DNA of 64,000 nucleotides from Bdellovibrionales bacterium (GTDB taxonomy: Bacteria; Bdellovibrionota; Bdellovibrionia; Bdellovibrionales; JAGQZY01). Location of the stretch: assembly GCA_964230555.1 (NCBI GenBank), contig CAXRIX010000066.1, forward strand, positions 903 through 64,902, given 5' to 3'. This document shows, piece by piece, positions 1 to 8,572 of this stretch; positions within the stretch are counted from its first letter, which is position 1, and each line of letters starts with the position of its first letter. Both the position numbers and the translations under genes were made by a program. The notes under the pieces were generated by a model that was given only the letters and a program-made list of their open reading frames with translations, made no database searches and had not been told where the DNA came from.

Positions 1-430
1 TCGGATGTTTGCTGAGATCGGAGATTTTTTTTATCCCAAGCTCTTTGGCTTCCTTCGTTTTCATTACCACCGTGTAGGAGTTGTCGAAACCTAAAGGACT
101 TAGCATTTTGAGGCCAAATGTCTCTAGCTTCTTATTGATCTTATCGAAGCCTCGCTCTCCGGTTTTGAGGATGGCCACTGACAGGGTGCCGGTGTAGTCA
201 GGGTAGACATCAATTTCTCCAGCTTTAAGGGCATTGTAGGCTACCATAGTGCCCCCCATGCCAAAGCGTCTGTCCACATTGTATCCATTGTTCTCTAGAA
301 CCTGAGAGAAAATTTCGGCGACGATATAATTCTCAGTAAACTTTTTAGAACTCACCACCATGGTCTCTTGGCCGTAGCAGGATACACTGGTGAAAAAAAA
401 GAGGGCAAGAGTCAAAAGTCTACAGCGCAT
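1..430 (-). CDS. Osmoprotectant (glycine betaine/choline type) ABC transporter substrate-binding protein, N-terminal part; the 3' end lies beyond the window
   Basis: Not in the ORF track because it runs off the window. Minus-strand translation from ATG at 430 gives MRCRLLTLALFFFTSVSCYGQETMVVSSKKFTENYIVAEIFSQVLENNGYNVDRRFGMGGT..DVYPDYTGT. That is a signal/lipobox-like N-terminus followed by OpuBC/OsmX-like motifs. It overlaps the upstream ATPase stop by 11 nt. Confidence 0.7.
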   Translation of the reverse strand, partial: MRCRLLTLALFFFTSVSCYGQETMVVSSKKFTENYIVAEIFSQVLENNGYNVDRRFGMGGTMVAYNALKAGEIDVYPDYTGTLSVAILKTGERGFDKINKKLETFGLKMLSPLGFDNSYTVVMKTKEAKELGIKKISDLSKHP

Positions 431-1532
431 TCAAGCCCTCTTCGCTAAACACGCCAATCAAGCGATGCTGGTCATTGACCACAGGCATCGCCGAGCGCTT
501 AGATCGTAAAAGCTGACTCATTCCGTCCAATATATGATTAGTCGAAACAAGATATTCACTGTGTTTATCTTCACCCAATTGTTGCATCGATAGAAATTTT
601 TGATTTTCAATCCAATAATGAGCTTTCTGATTCTTGTTTTTTAAAAAATCACTGGCCGCTTCAAGACTTTCAAATTTTTTGACTTCGTTGGATTCGATAT
701 TTTTAATTTCATAAATGTCACCTGTTTTTTCCGTGGTGTAGACCTGCGTATGAACTACAGAATACAGGTAGATTTCTTTAAGTAAATTACCCGGCGAGTG
801 AGACTGAATGAATTCCTCAACAAATGGGCTTGCCGGAGACAATAAGAAATTACTCGGCTTGCCTTTTTGTTCAATCTTACCTTGATTCAATAAGACAATT
901 TCATCAGCCATACTGAAAGCTTCTGAAAGGTCATGGGTAACAAGCACAATGGTCAATTGCAGCTTATGCTGCAAACTCAGAAACTCTTTTTGCAGTTCGG
1001 ATCGCGTGATCGGATCCAATGCACTAAAGGGCTCATCCATCAGCATGATTTTTGGATTCATAAAAAGTGCACGGGCAATACCGACTCGTTGTTGTTGGCC
1101 ACCACTGATTTCACGTGGTTTTTTTGATAAAAAAGACTTTTCGTAGGGGAGGTCCATCAATTCACAAAGTTCCTGCACTCGTTCGTTGATTTCAGATTTT
1201 GACCAACCTTGTTTAGAGGCAATGATTGTTAAATTTTCAAGCAAAGTCATATGCGGAAACAGCCCACTGCCCTGTATGGAGTAACCCATAGTGCGACGAA
1301 TTTTTTCGGCCTGTGAAAAATCAAGCTTCTCACCTTCAAGGACAACCTCTCCGGAGGCGGGAGTGAGTAAGCCGTTTATCAATCGTAAGGTTGTTGTCTT
1401 GCCACTGCCGGAACTGCCCACCAGGCAATAAACTTTGCCCCTCTCAATGGAAAGATTAAAGTTGTGAAGAATGGACTTTGAGCCATAAGAGAAAGAAAGG
1501 TCTTTCATCTGAATGGCCAGGGCATCTGACAT
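420..1532 (-). CDS. ABC transporter ATP-binding protein with C-terminal CBS-like domain (OpuCA/ProV-like)
   Basis: Walker A GSSGSGKTT, signature SGGQQQRVGIARAL, Walker B IMLMDEPFSALD, and a C-terminal CBS-like tail (AMPVVNDQHRLIGVFSE). Start trimmed to MSDALAIQMKDLSF (ATG 1532). The longer ORF to 1697 would overlap the upstream gene. Confidence 0.85.
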   Translation of the reverse strand: MSDALAIQMKDLSFSYGSKSILHNFNLSIERGKVYCLVGSSGSGKTTTLRLINGLLTPASGEVVLEGEKLDFSQAEKIRRTMGYSIQGSGLFPHMTLLENLTIIASKQGWSKSEINERVQELCELMDLPYEKSFLSKKPREISGGQQQRVGIARALFMNPKIMLMDEPFSALDPITRSELQKEFLSLQHKLQLTIVLVTHDLSEAFSMADEIVLLNQGKIEQKGKPSNFLLSPASPFVEEFIQSHSPGNLLKEIYLYSVVHTQVYTTEKTGDIYEIKNIESNEVKKFESLEAASDFLKNKNQKAHYWIENQKFLSMQQLGEDKHSEYLVSTNHILDGMSQLLRSKRSAMPVVNDQHRLIGVFSEEGLNAL

Positions 1533-1573
1533 CCGACGAAAAAACCATTTTTTATCAGCGATGGCAAGAATTC

Positions 1574-2608
1574 TTAGGAGTTTTTTACCTGCGAGTAGAT
1601 CATGAGTTCGGCCCCTTGGCGCCAGCCCGGTGAGTGTTGTAGACGGGTCCAATACAAGAAGTTGAAACGCGACTGCAGTTTCTCTCGTAGCTCCCACTCG
1701 CTGCTACCAAAATAAGGTCCATTTCTCTTCGGAACTACGAAAAAAATACCCAAAAGATGTCCGGTTTCAGTGAGGACACGTTTCCATAACTTGATTAATT
1801 GATCTCGGGAATCCGGCGAGATCGCACAATAAAACGTATGTTCAAAAACCACATCAAAGGCACTATGAAAGCGTTCGTCAATGGACAAGACATCCGCCTT
1901 TTCGAACTTCAAGTTTTCAATGTGTCCATACAGCTCTTTGGCTTTTGCGATCGCCTCATCGCTGATATCGATCGCGGTGACGATGTGGCCTTGCTGGGCA
2001 AAAAGAGCGGCGTCATGCCCATATCCGCACCCAGGCACCAAAATTCGGCATTTGTGAAGTTTAAGCTGTTGCAGAATGCTTTTCAATTCCGGGTGGGGCT
2101 CGTTGAGGTTCCAGGGCGGAGAGGGATCCTCTTGGTAGCGTCCTTTCCAGAACGGAGCCTGATTGAACTCCTCAGAGGTCATGTAATAATTGGGTGTGGC
2201 GACAGTTTTGCCTTGAATCTGCAAACTGTCGTCATTGAATTCTTCGGCTAAGTTGAAGAGTTCGGCTTGTGCTGGGCGCGATAAAACGAAAGGAATCCCT
2301 TTTTTTGTTTTACCATGAAAGCGATCCCATTCGTCGACACAAAGTGAATCCCACTCGACCTCACACAGGTGCTGATAAGGCATTTGCACACTCAATATTC
2401 TGTTTTCTAGATGCACTTGGCGAGCGACAAAGGGTTTATCAAAGGGTTCAACAATGACATCGTGACCCTCGTAATTCATGTGGGTGACACCGAATTCATC
2501 GACCGTCATGGCGTCGAGCATGCGGCGACCAACAAGTTCATCGTCGACACGAATTCCTTTGTCGACGAGAAAATAGCCCTCTTCATCAATGGCTATTGTT
2601 TTTGCCAC
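1574..2608 (-). CDS. SAM-dependent methyltransferase, TPMT/thiol-halide methyltransferase-like, with an extra ~150 aa N-terminal domain
   Basis: The C-terminal half has SAM motif I (ILVPGCGYGHDAALFA) and TPMT-like FDVVFEHTFYCAI. The N-terminal half (IDEEGYFLVDKGIRV..VIVEPFDKPFVARQV) tentatively resembles DUF1285. Confidence 0.7.
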   Translation of the reverse strand: MAKTIAIDEEGYFLVDKGIRVDDELVGRRMLDAMTVDEFGVTHMNYEGHDVIVEPFDKPFVARQVHLENRILSVQMPYQHLCEVEWDSLCVDEWDRFHGKTKKGIPFVLSRPAQAELFNLAEEFNDDSLQIQGKTVATPNYYMTSEEFNQAPFWKGRYQEDPSPPWNLNEPHPELKSILQQLKLHKCRILVPGCGYGHDAALFAQQGHIVTAIDISDEAIAKAKELYGHIENLKFEKADVLSIDERFHSAFDVVFEHTFYCAISPDSRDQLIKLWKRVLTETGHLLGIFFVVPKRNGPYFGSSEWELREKLQSRFNFLYWTRLQHSPGWRQGAELMIYSQVKNS

Positions 2609-2613
2609 AAAAT

Positions 2614-3123
2614 TTACGAATTGGAGTCTTCTTCGGAAGACTCATCGGGTTGGGAGTTCTCAGCCTCAGCATCGTCAGTCTCGGAATTTTCTTCGTTAAC
2701 AGAGTCCTCGGAATCAACGGCTTCGACACCGTCTTCAGAGATTTCAAAGGGCTCCATGAACTCAACCTTAACGTCACCCGCTTTTTCGATCTGAGCCGTC
2801 CATTTCTTTCCATCTTCTGAGGTAATTAAAAAAGTTCCTTTACGGTAAACTTTTTCCATTTCGCCATCCGAGTTGGGCTCCATGTAGGAAAAACTGAAAT
2901 GGGCTTTCATTTTGCGCCCTTTTTCAATCACTTCGGTATCAATTTTTGAGAAATCAATTTCTGAAGCATTGGGATTATGATTTTGTACGGCTTGAGTCAT
3001 GTATTGAGTGATCAAACTGTTCATTTTGTTCATTTGATCGATTGTCAGATGCTTAGTTCTTTGCGCAAACCAAGCTGTAAATCCAATGAACACAACAACG
3101 ACAATTAAACTGATATATTTCAT
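2614..3123 (-). CDS. Hypothetical membrane-anchored protein with a highly acidic C-terminal tail
   Basis: 169 aa ORF with an N-terminal TM/signal anchor (MKYISLIVVVVFIGFTAWF) and a C-terminal D/E/S-rich tail. Its stop is 5 nt upstream of the next gene start, so it heads the operon. Confidence 0.6.
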   Translation of the reverse strand: MKYISLIVVVVFIGFTAWFAQRTKHLTIDQMNKMNSLITQYMTQAVQNHNPNASEIDFSKIDTEVIEKGRKMKAHFSFSYMEPNSDGEMEKVYRKGTFLITSEDGKKWTAQIEKAGDVKVEFMEPFEISEDGVEAVDSEDSVNEENSETDDAEAENSQPDESSEEDSNS

Positions 3124-3304
3124 GATTACCTCGTTTGGAGTCCTTCATTGTGCCTTGATTTTGTCTTTGAGTAAAAGGGGGATAAATCGAGTCCATGGCT
3201 TTTGCTGCGCCGCAACGATAACGCAGCTCTAAAATTTATCAGGGCCTGCGGCGTAAGTTGTTAAAGATAAAGAATTTGTCTATGTTCCTCCTACTGGAGA
3301 ACAA

Positions 3305-4912
3305 ATGCCTGCACTACACAGCCAATTGGACAAGAATTCAGAGGATTTTAAGAAAAACAAAGCCTTTATGGGTGGTTTGCTTGAAGAGTTTAAAACGCGA
3401 TTGCAAACCGTGAAATTGGGCGGTGGCGAAAAATCATTGGAGCGTCACCGGTCCCGGGGCAAGTTGCCCGCCCGCGAGCGCATCCAAAAGTTAGTCGATC
3501 CAGAATCTTCGTTCTTAGAGTTTTCGAGCCTGGCAGCTTGGGATCTTTATGAGGGAGCGGCGCCGGGGGCCGGAGTGGTCACGGGCATTGGACTGATTAA
3601 AGGTGTTGAATGCATTATTGTCGCCAACGATGCCACGGTTAAGGGTGGAACGTATTTCCCAATGACAGTGAAAAAACATTTAAGGGCACAAGAAATCGCT
3701 ATGGAAAACGGACTGCCCTGTCTTTATCTGGTGGATAGCGGAGGCGCCTTTTTACCGATGCAGGATGAAGTGTTTCCCGATCGTGACCACTTTGGCAGGA
3801 TCTTTTACAATCAAGCGCGAATGTCAGCTCTCGGTATTCCTCAGCTGTCAATTGTGATGGGAAGTTGCACGGCTGGTGGGGCCTATGTCCCGGCCATGAG
3901 TGACGAAAACATTATCGTCAAAGGCAATGGTACGATCTTTCTAGGTGGACCTCCACTTGTGAAGGCGGCCACCGGAGAAGAGGTGACCGCCGAAGAGCTG
4001 GGCGGCGCGGCTGTTCACTCCTACACGTCCGGAGTCACCGATCATTTTGCTGAGAATGATGAGGACGCTTTGCGCCTGGCCCGCGATATAGTCGCTAGCC
4101 TCAATCATCAACCGCAACAGCACCTGAAGTTCAAGGCCCCTGAAGAGCCGTTGTTTCCTGTCGAAGATCTGATGGGGATTATTCCCGAAGACACGCGCGT
4201 ACAATTCGATGTACGAGAAGTGATTGCTCGTATCGTTGACGGTAGCGAAATGCATGAGTTCAAAAAAGGTTACGGAACCAGCTTGGTGACTGGGTTTGCT
4301 CACATCTACGGCATTCCCGTTGGTATCATTGCTAATAACGGTGTTTTATTCAGCGAATCGGCCCAAAAGGCGGCCCATTTTATTGAGCTGTGTGAACAAC
4401 GTCGAATTCCCCTCGTCTTTTTGCAAAACATCACCGGGTTTATGGTGGGTAAAAAATACGAACATGAAGGGATTGCAAAACATGGAGCCAAAATGGTGAT
4501 GGCGGTTAGTAACGCCTCGGTGCCGAAGTTCACGGTGGTGATCGGTGGCTCCTATGGTGCCGGAAATTACGGTATGTGTGGTCGAGCCTACCAACCCCGT
4601 CAGCTGTGGATGTGGCCGAATGCTAAAATTTCGGTCATGGGTGGTGAGCAGGCGGCCAACGTTCTTTGCACTGTGAAAATGGACCAGTTAAAAAATAAAG
4701 GCCAGGAAATGTCGGCCGAGCAACAAGACGAATTTAAAAAGCCGATTCTTGAAAAGTACGGTCGAGAGAGTTCCGCTTACTATTCCACAGCCCGTCTTTG
4801 GGATGACGGAATCATCGACCCCAAAGACACTCGGCAGGTTTTAGCCCTCGGCCTTAAGGCTTCATTAAACAAAAAATGGGAAGAGCCTAAGCAAGGCGTT
4901 TTTAGGATGTGA
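3305..4912 (+). CDS. liuB: Methylcrotonoyl-CoA carboxylase beta (carboxyltransferase) subunit
   Basis: 535 aa. Near-colinear motifs with LiuB/MccB: [81 protein letters not shown] lies upstream. Confidence 0.9.
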   Translation: MPALHSQLDKNSEDFKKNKAFMGGLLEEFKTRLQTVKLGGGEKSLERHRSRGKLPARERIQKLVDPESSFLEFSSLAAWDLYEGAAPGAGVVTGIGLIKGVECIIVANDATVKGGTYFPMTVKKHLRAQEIAMENGLPCLYLVDSGGAFLPMQDEVFPDRDHFGRIFYNQARMSALGIPQLSIVMGSCTAGGAYVPAMSDENIIVKGNGTIFLGGPPLVKAATGEEVTAEELGGAAVHSYTSGVTDHFAENDEDALRLARDIVASLNHQPQQHLKFKAPEEPLFPVEDLMGIIPEDTRVQFDVREVIARIVDGSEMHEFKKGYGTSLVTGFAHIYGIPVGIIANNGVLFSESAQKAAHFIELCEQRRIPLVFLQNITGFMVGKKYEHEGIAKHGAKMVMAVSNASVPKFTVVIGGSYGAGNYGMCGRAYQPRQLWMWPNAKISVMGGEQAANVLCTVKMDQLKNKGQEMSAEQQDEFKKPILEKYGRESSAYYSTARLWDDGIIDPKDTRQVLALGLKASLNKKWEEPKQGVFRM

Positions 4913-4916
4913 TGCC

Positions 4917-5693
4917 ATGAAAACAATAGAACTCAACATTGAAAACAATATTGCTAGCCTCACCCTGAATCGCCCTGATGTGCGCAATGCATTTAATGAC
5001 GAGATGATCTCTGAAATGACGCAAGCATTTTCAAGTCTACAGGAAAAAGGCGATGTTCGTTGTGTCTTCTTAAAGGGGGCTGGAAAAAGCTTTAGTGCCG
5101 GTGGCGACCTTGGCTGGATGAAGTCCATGGTCGATTACACTGAAGAAGAGAATATCAAAGATTCTGAAAAACTTTATGAAATGTACGAGGCTTTAAGGGC
5201 TGTGCCAGTGCCGGTTGTTACTCTGGTGCATGGACATGCCATGGGCGGCGCTCTTGGTTTGATTGCAGCCAGTGACATTGTTTTAGCGGTGGATGAGACC
5301 CAGTTTTGCTTCAGTGAGGTTCGCTTGGGACTGGCGCCAGCAGTGATCAGCGCATTTGTAAAAGATAAAATTTTGCCGCGTGATATGTCGCGATACTTTC
5401 TCAGTGCAGAGGTTTTTGGTCCGGAAGCCGCCCAGCAAATGGGACTCATCCATGAATTTGGCAGTGAAAAGGCCATGCAAGACCAGTCGGAAAAAATTCT
5501 GAAGAAAATTATTAATAATGGACCGGTCGCAGTCAGAGAAACAAAAAAGTTAATTTCTGACCTTAAGACTTCTAGCGATATTAAATCTCAGACCACAAAG
5601 GTGATTGCGAAATTGCGAGTTGGGAAAGAGGGACAAGAAGGACTGAAGGCTTTTTTTGAAAAACGTAAACCCCGATGGACGGAGGCTCCGTGA
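4917..5693 (+). CDS. liuC: Enoyl-CoA hydratase family, likely methylglutaconyl-CoA hydratase
   Basis: Crotonase-fold motifs (LTLNRPDVRNAF, FSAGGDLGWM, GHAMGGALGLIAASD). Sits between the MCCase subunits in a liu-type cluster. Confidence 0.85.
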   Translation: MKTIELNIENNIASLTLNRPDVRNAFNDEMISEMTQAFSSLQEKGDVRCVFLKGAGKSFSAGGDLGWMKSMVDYTEEENIKDSEKLYEMYEALRAVPVPVVTLVHGHAMGGALGLIAASDIVLAVDETQFCFSEVRLGLAPAVISAFVKDKILPRDMSRYFLSAEVFGPEAAQQMGLIHEFGSEKAMQDQSEKILKKIINNGPVAVRETKKLISDLKTSSDIKSQTTKVIAKLRVGKEGQEGLKAFFEKRKPRWTEAP

Positions 5694-7165
5694 GCGATAT
5701 TAAATCCTTGGCCATAGCCAATAGAGGAGAAGTGGCTGTACGAATCATCCGCGCCTGTCAGGAATTGGGTGTCGAGTCTGTTCTTCTTCACTCAAAAGCG
5801 GATATCAATACCCGTGCTTATCGCATGAGTGATCGACAAATTTGTATCGGTGATTCAGCGGTGGGAGAAAGCTATCTTTCAATCGAAAAAAATGTTGATG
5901 GTGTTTTGGCGTCCGGTGCTGATGCTGTCCATCCTGGCTTTGGGTTCCTTTCGGAAAATGCGAATTTTGCGCAAGCCTTGAAGGATAATAATATTCAATT
6001 TGTTGGGCCCAGCCCCGAAGCGATTCGGAAAATGGGCGACAAGATTGAAGCTAAAAAAATTATTGAGGCTGCCAACATACCAACAGTTCCTGGATACAAT
6101 GGCGATGATCAAAGTCTTGCGACCTTGAAAAAAGAAGCCGAAAAGATTGGCTTTCCGGTGATTGTCAAAGCCGCCGCCGGTGGCGGTGGGCGTGGAATGA
6201 AAGTCATCCAAAAAGCCAGTGAGGCTGAAGAGATGATTGATGCGGCCAAGCGAGAAGGCCTGAGTGCCTTTGGGAGTGAACAAGTATTCTTAGAAAAATA
6301 TCTGGATAAGGCCAAGCATATTGAGGTGCAGATATTTGGAGACCTCAGTGGCAATGTCGTCCATCTCTTTGAAAGAGAGTGTTCGGTTCAAAGACGTCAT
6401 CAAAAAATTGTTGAAGAAGCGGTTAGTGGCTCCATTTCAACCGATATCCGCCAAGGTATGACCGAAGCTGCGGTAAAGCTGGCAAAGGCGGTCAACTATG
6501 TAGGCGCTGGAACTGTGGAGTTTCTGGTGCAAGACGACGCCTTCTACTTTTTAGAGATGAACACTCGATTGCAAGTCGAGCATCCCGTAACCGAACTGGT
6601 TCTTGGTGTCGATCTTGTGAAGGCGCAAATACTCAACCAAATGAATCGTTTTTCCTGCTGGAACCAAGATCTTTTGGTACCACGTGGACATTCAATTGAA
6701 TGTCGCCTGTACGCAGAAGACCCTTTTAGTCAGGGTATTCCCTCGACTGGACTTATTGGGTTTCAACAATGGCCTGATGGCCCTGGCCGTCGATTTGATT
6801 TTGGTTATGAGGCCGGCGACGAAGTCACTCCCTTTTACGATTCAATGATGGCCAAGGTGATTGTTTGGGATGAAACGCGCCCGCGAGCCATTAAAAAGAT
6901 GTTAAAGACTTTAGATGACATCGTTCTGTTTGGGGTCAAATCCAATATTCCATTCTTAAAACAGATCTTACAACATCCTGAGTTTGTTGATGGCTCGTTC
7001 AACACCCAATTTATCAATCAGCATTTCGCGCAAGGGGCTCATCCTCTTGAGAATCAAGAAGAGTTAGAAAAAATTGGCGAACTTTGTTTTGATTCACTAG
7101 GTGAAGTGACCCAGGTTGCTGGGGCTCAGCCTTCACCGTTTTCTCGAAAGTGGAGCAATGTATGA
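5690..7165 (+). CDS. liuD: Biotin carboxylase subunit (N-terminal ~490 aa equivalent of the MCCase alpha chain)
   Basis: IANRGEVAVRIIRAC, ATP-grasp VIVKAAAGGGGRGMKV, EMNTRLQVEHPVTE. Start set to GTG 5690 (VSDIKSLAIANRGE), which overlaps the liuC stop as GTGA. The ORF track ATG at 5675 is an alternative. Confidence 0.9.
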   Translation: MSDIKSLAIANRGEVAVRIIRACQELGVESVLLHSKADINTRAYRMSDRQICIGDSAVGESYLSIEKNVDGVLASGADAVHPGFGFLSENANFAQALKDNNIQFVGPSPEAIRKMGDKIEAKKIIEAANIPTVPGYNGDDQSLATLKKEAEKIGFPVIVKAAAGGGGRGMKVIQKASEAEEMIDAAKREGLSAFGSEQVFLEKYLDKAKHIEVQIFGDLSGNVVHLFERECSVQRRHQKIVEEAVSGSISTDIRQGMTEAAVKLAKAVNYVGAGTVEFLVQDDAFYFLEMNTRLQVEHPVTELVLGVDLVKAQILNQMNRFSCWNQDLLVPRGHSIECRLYAEDPFSQGIPSTGLIGFQQWPDGPGRRFDFGYEAGDEVTPFYDSMMAKVIVWDETRPRAIKKMLKTLDDIVLFGVKSNIPFLKQILQHPEFVDGSFNTQFINQHFAQGAHPLENQEELEKIGELCFDSLGEVTQVAGAQPSPFSRKWSNV

Positions 7166-7542
7166 AAAAGTTGAATTTGACGATCGATGGTGAAGAGGTC
7201 GAAGTCTTAGCCCAAAAAATGGCCGGTAAAGTTTGGCTACACTATAAGGGGCAGACCTTTGCTTACACTCCAAAACAAAATCAAAAGCAGGGTCCTGCCG
7301 GAGGCGCAAACCAAGATCCCTCACAAATCGTCGCACCGATGCCTGGAAAAATTATTAAAATCTTCGTTGCAGAAGGAGACTCGGTGGCTGAAGGCGAAAC
7401 GGTTGTCGCCATGGAAGCGATGAAAATGGAATACAATTTAAAAGCAATGCAAAACATGAAATTAAAGTCTATCAAGTGTTCTGAAGGCGCCCAAGTGGGC
7501 CTTAGTGACCTGTTGGTGGAACTTGAGGAAGAGGATGCCTAA
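7162..7542 (+). CDS. Biotin carboxyl carrier (biotinyl/lipoyl domain) protein, the separate C-terminal part of MCCase alpha
   Basis: Biotinylation motif VVAMEAMKMEYNL. ATG 7162 overlaps the biotin carboxylase stop as ATGA (7162-7165). The track start at 7150 is GTG. Confidence 0.8.
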   Translation: MKKLNLTIDGEEVEVLAQKMAGKVWLHYKGQTFAYTPKQNQKQGPAGGANQDPSQIVAPMPGKIIKIFVAEGDSVAEGETVVAMEAMKMEYNLKAMQNMKLKSIKCSEGAQVGLSDLLVELEEEDA

Positions 7543-8440
7543 AGTCACTTTAGTAGAAATGGGATTGCGTGACGGACTTCAAAACGAAGCTGTTCACCTC
7601 TCGACCAACCAGCGATTTCAATTGCTGAAAAGATTTAGTGATGCTGGACTAAAACGAGTCGAGCTGGGTTCATTTGTTAGTCCCAAATGGGTGCCACAAA
7701 TGGCTGAAACGGGAAGTCTGGTAAAACGAGCTTTAAAAGCCAGAAAGCAAAACAGTCTGCATCAAAAGATGCAGTTTTCGGCCTTAGTTCCCAATATGAA
7801 AGGATTCGAAAATGCCCTAGCCTCAGGAATTGGCGAAATTTCGATTTTTGGTGCCGCCTCGGAAACTTTTTCCCAAAAAAATATCAATACGTCTATCAAG
7901 CAGAGCTTAAAAAACTTTGAAGAGGTTGTTAATGCGGCCAAGCAGGAGAAAAAGAAAGTACGAGCTTACTTGTCGACAGTTTTTGCTTGCCCGTATGAGG
8001 GAAAAGTTTCTGAATCCAAGGTTATCAAATTGATCGAAAAGTATTTGGCTATGGGCGTGTATGAGATTTCTTTGGGCGACACCATAGGGGTCGCTAGTCC
8101 CAAGCAAGTAAGAAGTTTGCTTAAGAAGCTTTCAGGTGTCACCCATCCTGGTCGGGTGGCAATGCACTTTCACGACACCCGAGGAACGGCGATTGCTAAT
8201 ATTTTAGCAAGTTTGGACTTGGGTTACCGAACCTTCGACACCAGCATTGGCGGCCTGGGGGGATGTCCGTATGCCCCCGGAGCGGCGGGTAATGTCGCCA
8301 CAGAAGACGTTGTATACATGCTTCATGAGATGGGATTGTCGACGGGCACCGATCTGCAAAAGTTAATCAAGACAACTTTATGGATGAATAAACAAGTGGG
8401 GCGCCAACTTCCCTCGAAGTTAAGTCTCACAGGTGCTTAG
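7535..8440 (+). CDS. liuE: Hydroxymethylglutaryl-CoA lyase
   Basis: VTLVEMGLRDGLQNE, HFHDTRGTAIANILASL, GGLGGCPYAPGAAGNVATEDV. Start trimmed to MPKVTLVE (ATG 7535), overlapping the BCCP gene stop by 8 nt. Confidence 0.9.
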   Translation: MPKVTLVEMGLRDGLQNEAVHLSTNQRFQLLKRFSDAGLKRVELGSFVSPKWVPQMAETGSLVKRALKARKQNSLHQKMQFSALVPNMKGFENALASGIGEISIFGAASETFSQKNINTSIKQSLKNFEEVVNAAKQEKKKVRAYLSTVFACPYEGKVSESKVIKLIEKYLAMGVYEISLGDTIGVASPKQVRSLLKKLSGVTHPGRVAMHFHDTRGTAIANILASLDLGYRTFDTSIGGLGGCPYAPGAAGNVATEDVVYMLHEMGLSTGTDLQKLIKTTLWMNKQVGRQLPSKLSLTGA

Positions 8441-8572
8441 GCAAGAATTTCATTCTGTTTTAGTATCTGACAACGTTGATTTTGGCGTTCTCTGATTTAA
8501 ATGTGTCATTTTCAGTCTTCAGTTGGACAAGCTTTCTATCTATCCTAAAATAACGATATCAAAGGGGCTTTT

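Noticed and set aside
1533-1697. N-terminal 55-aa extension of the ABC ATPase ORF (track ORF 420-1697)
   Set aside because: It would overlap the 3' end of the methyltransferase gene by more than 120 nt. It also carries no ABC motifs. The conserved N-terminus begins at MSDALAIQMKDLSF (ATG 1532).
7150-7165. MCCase alpha split interpreted as a frameshifted pseudogene
   Set aside because: The junction is a clean ATGA stop/start overlap with intact domains on both sides, so I annotate two genes. A frameshift or sequencing error is still listed as an alternative in the findings.
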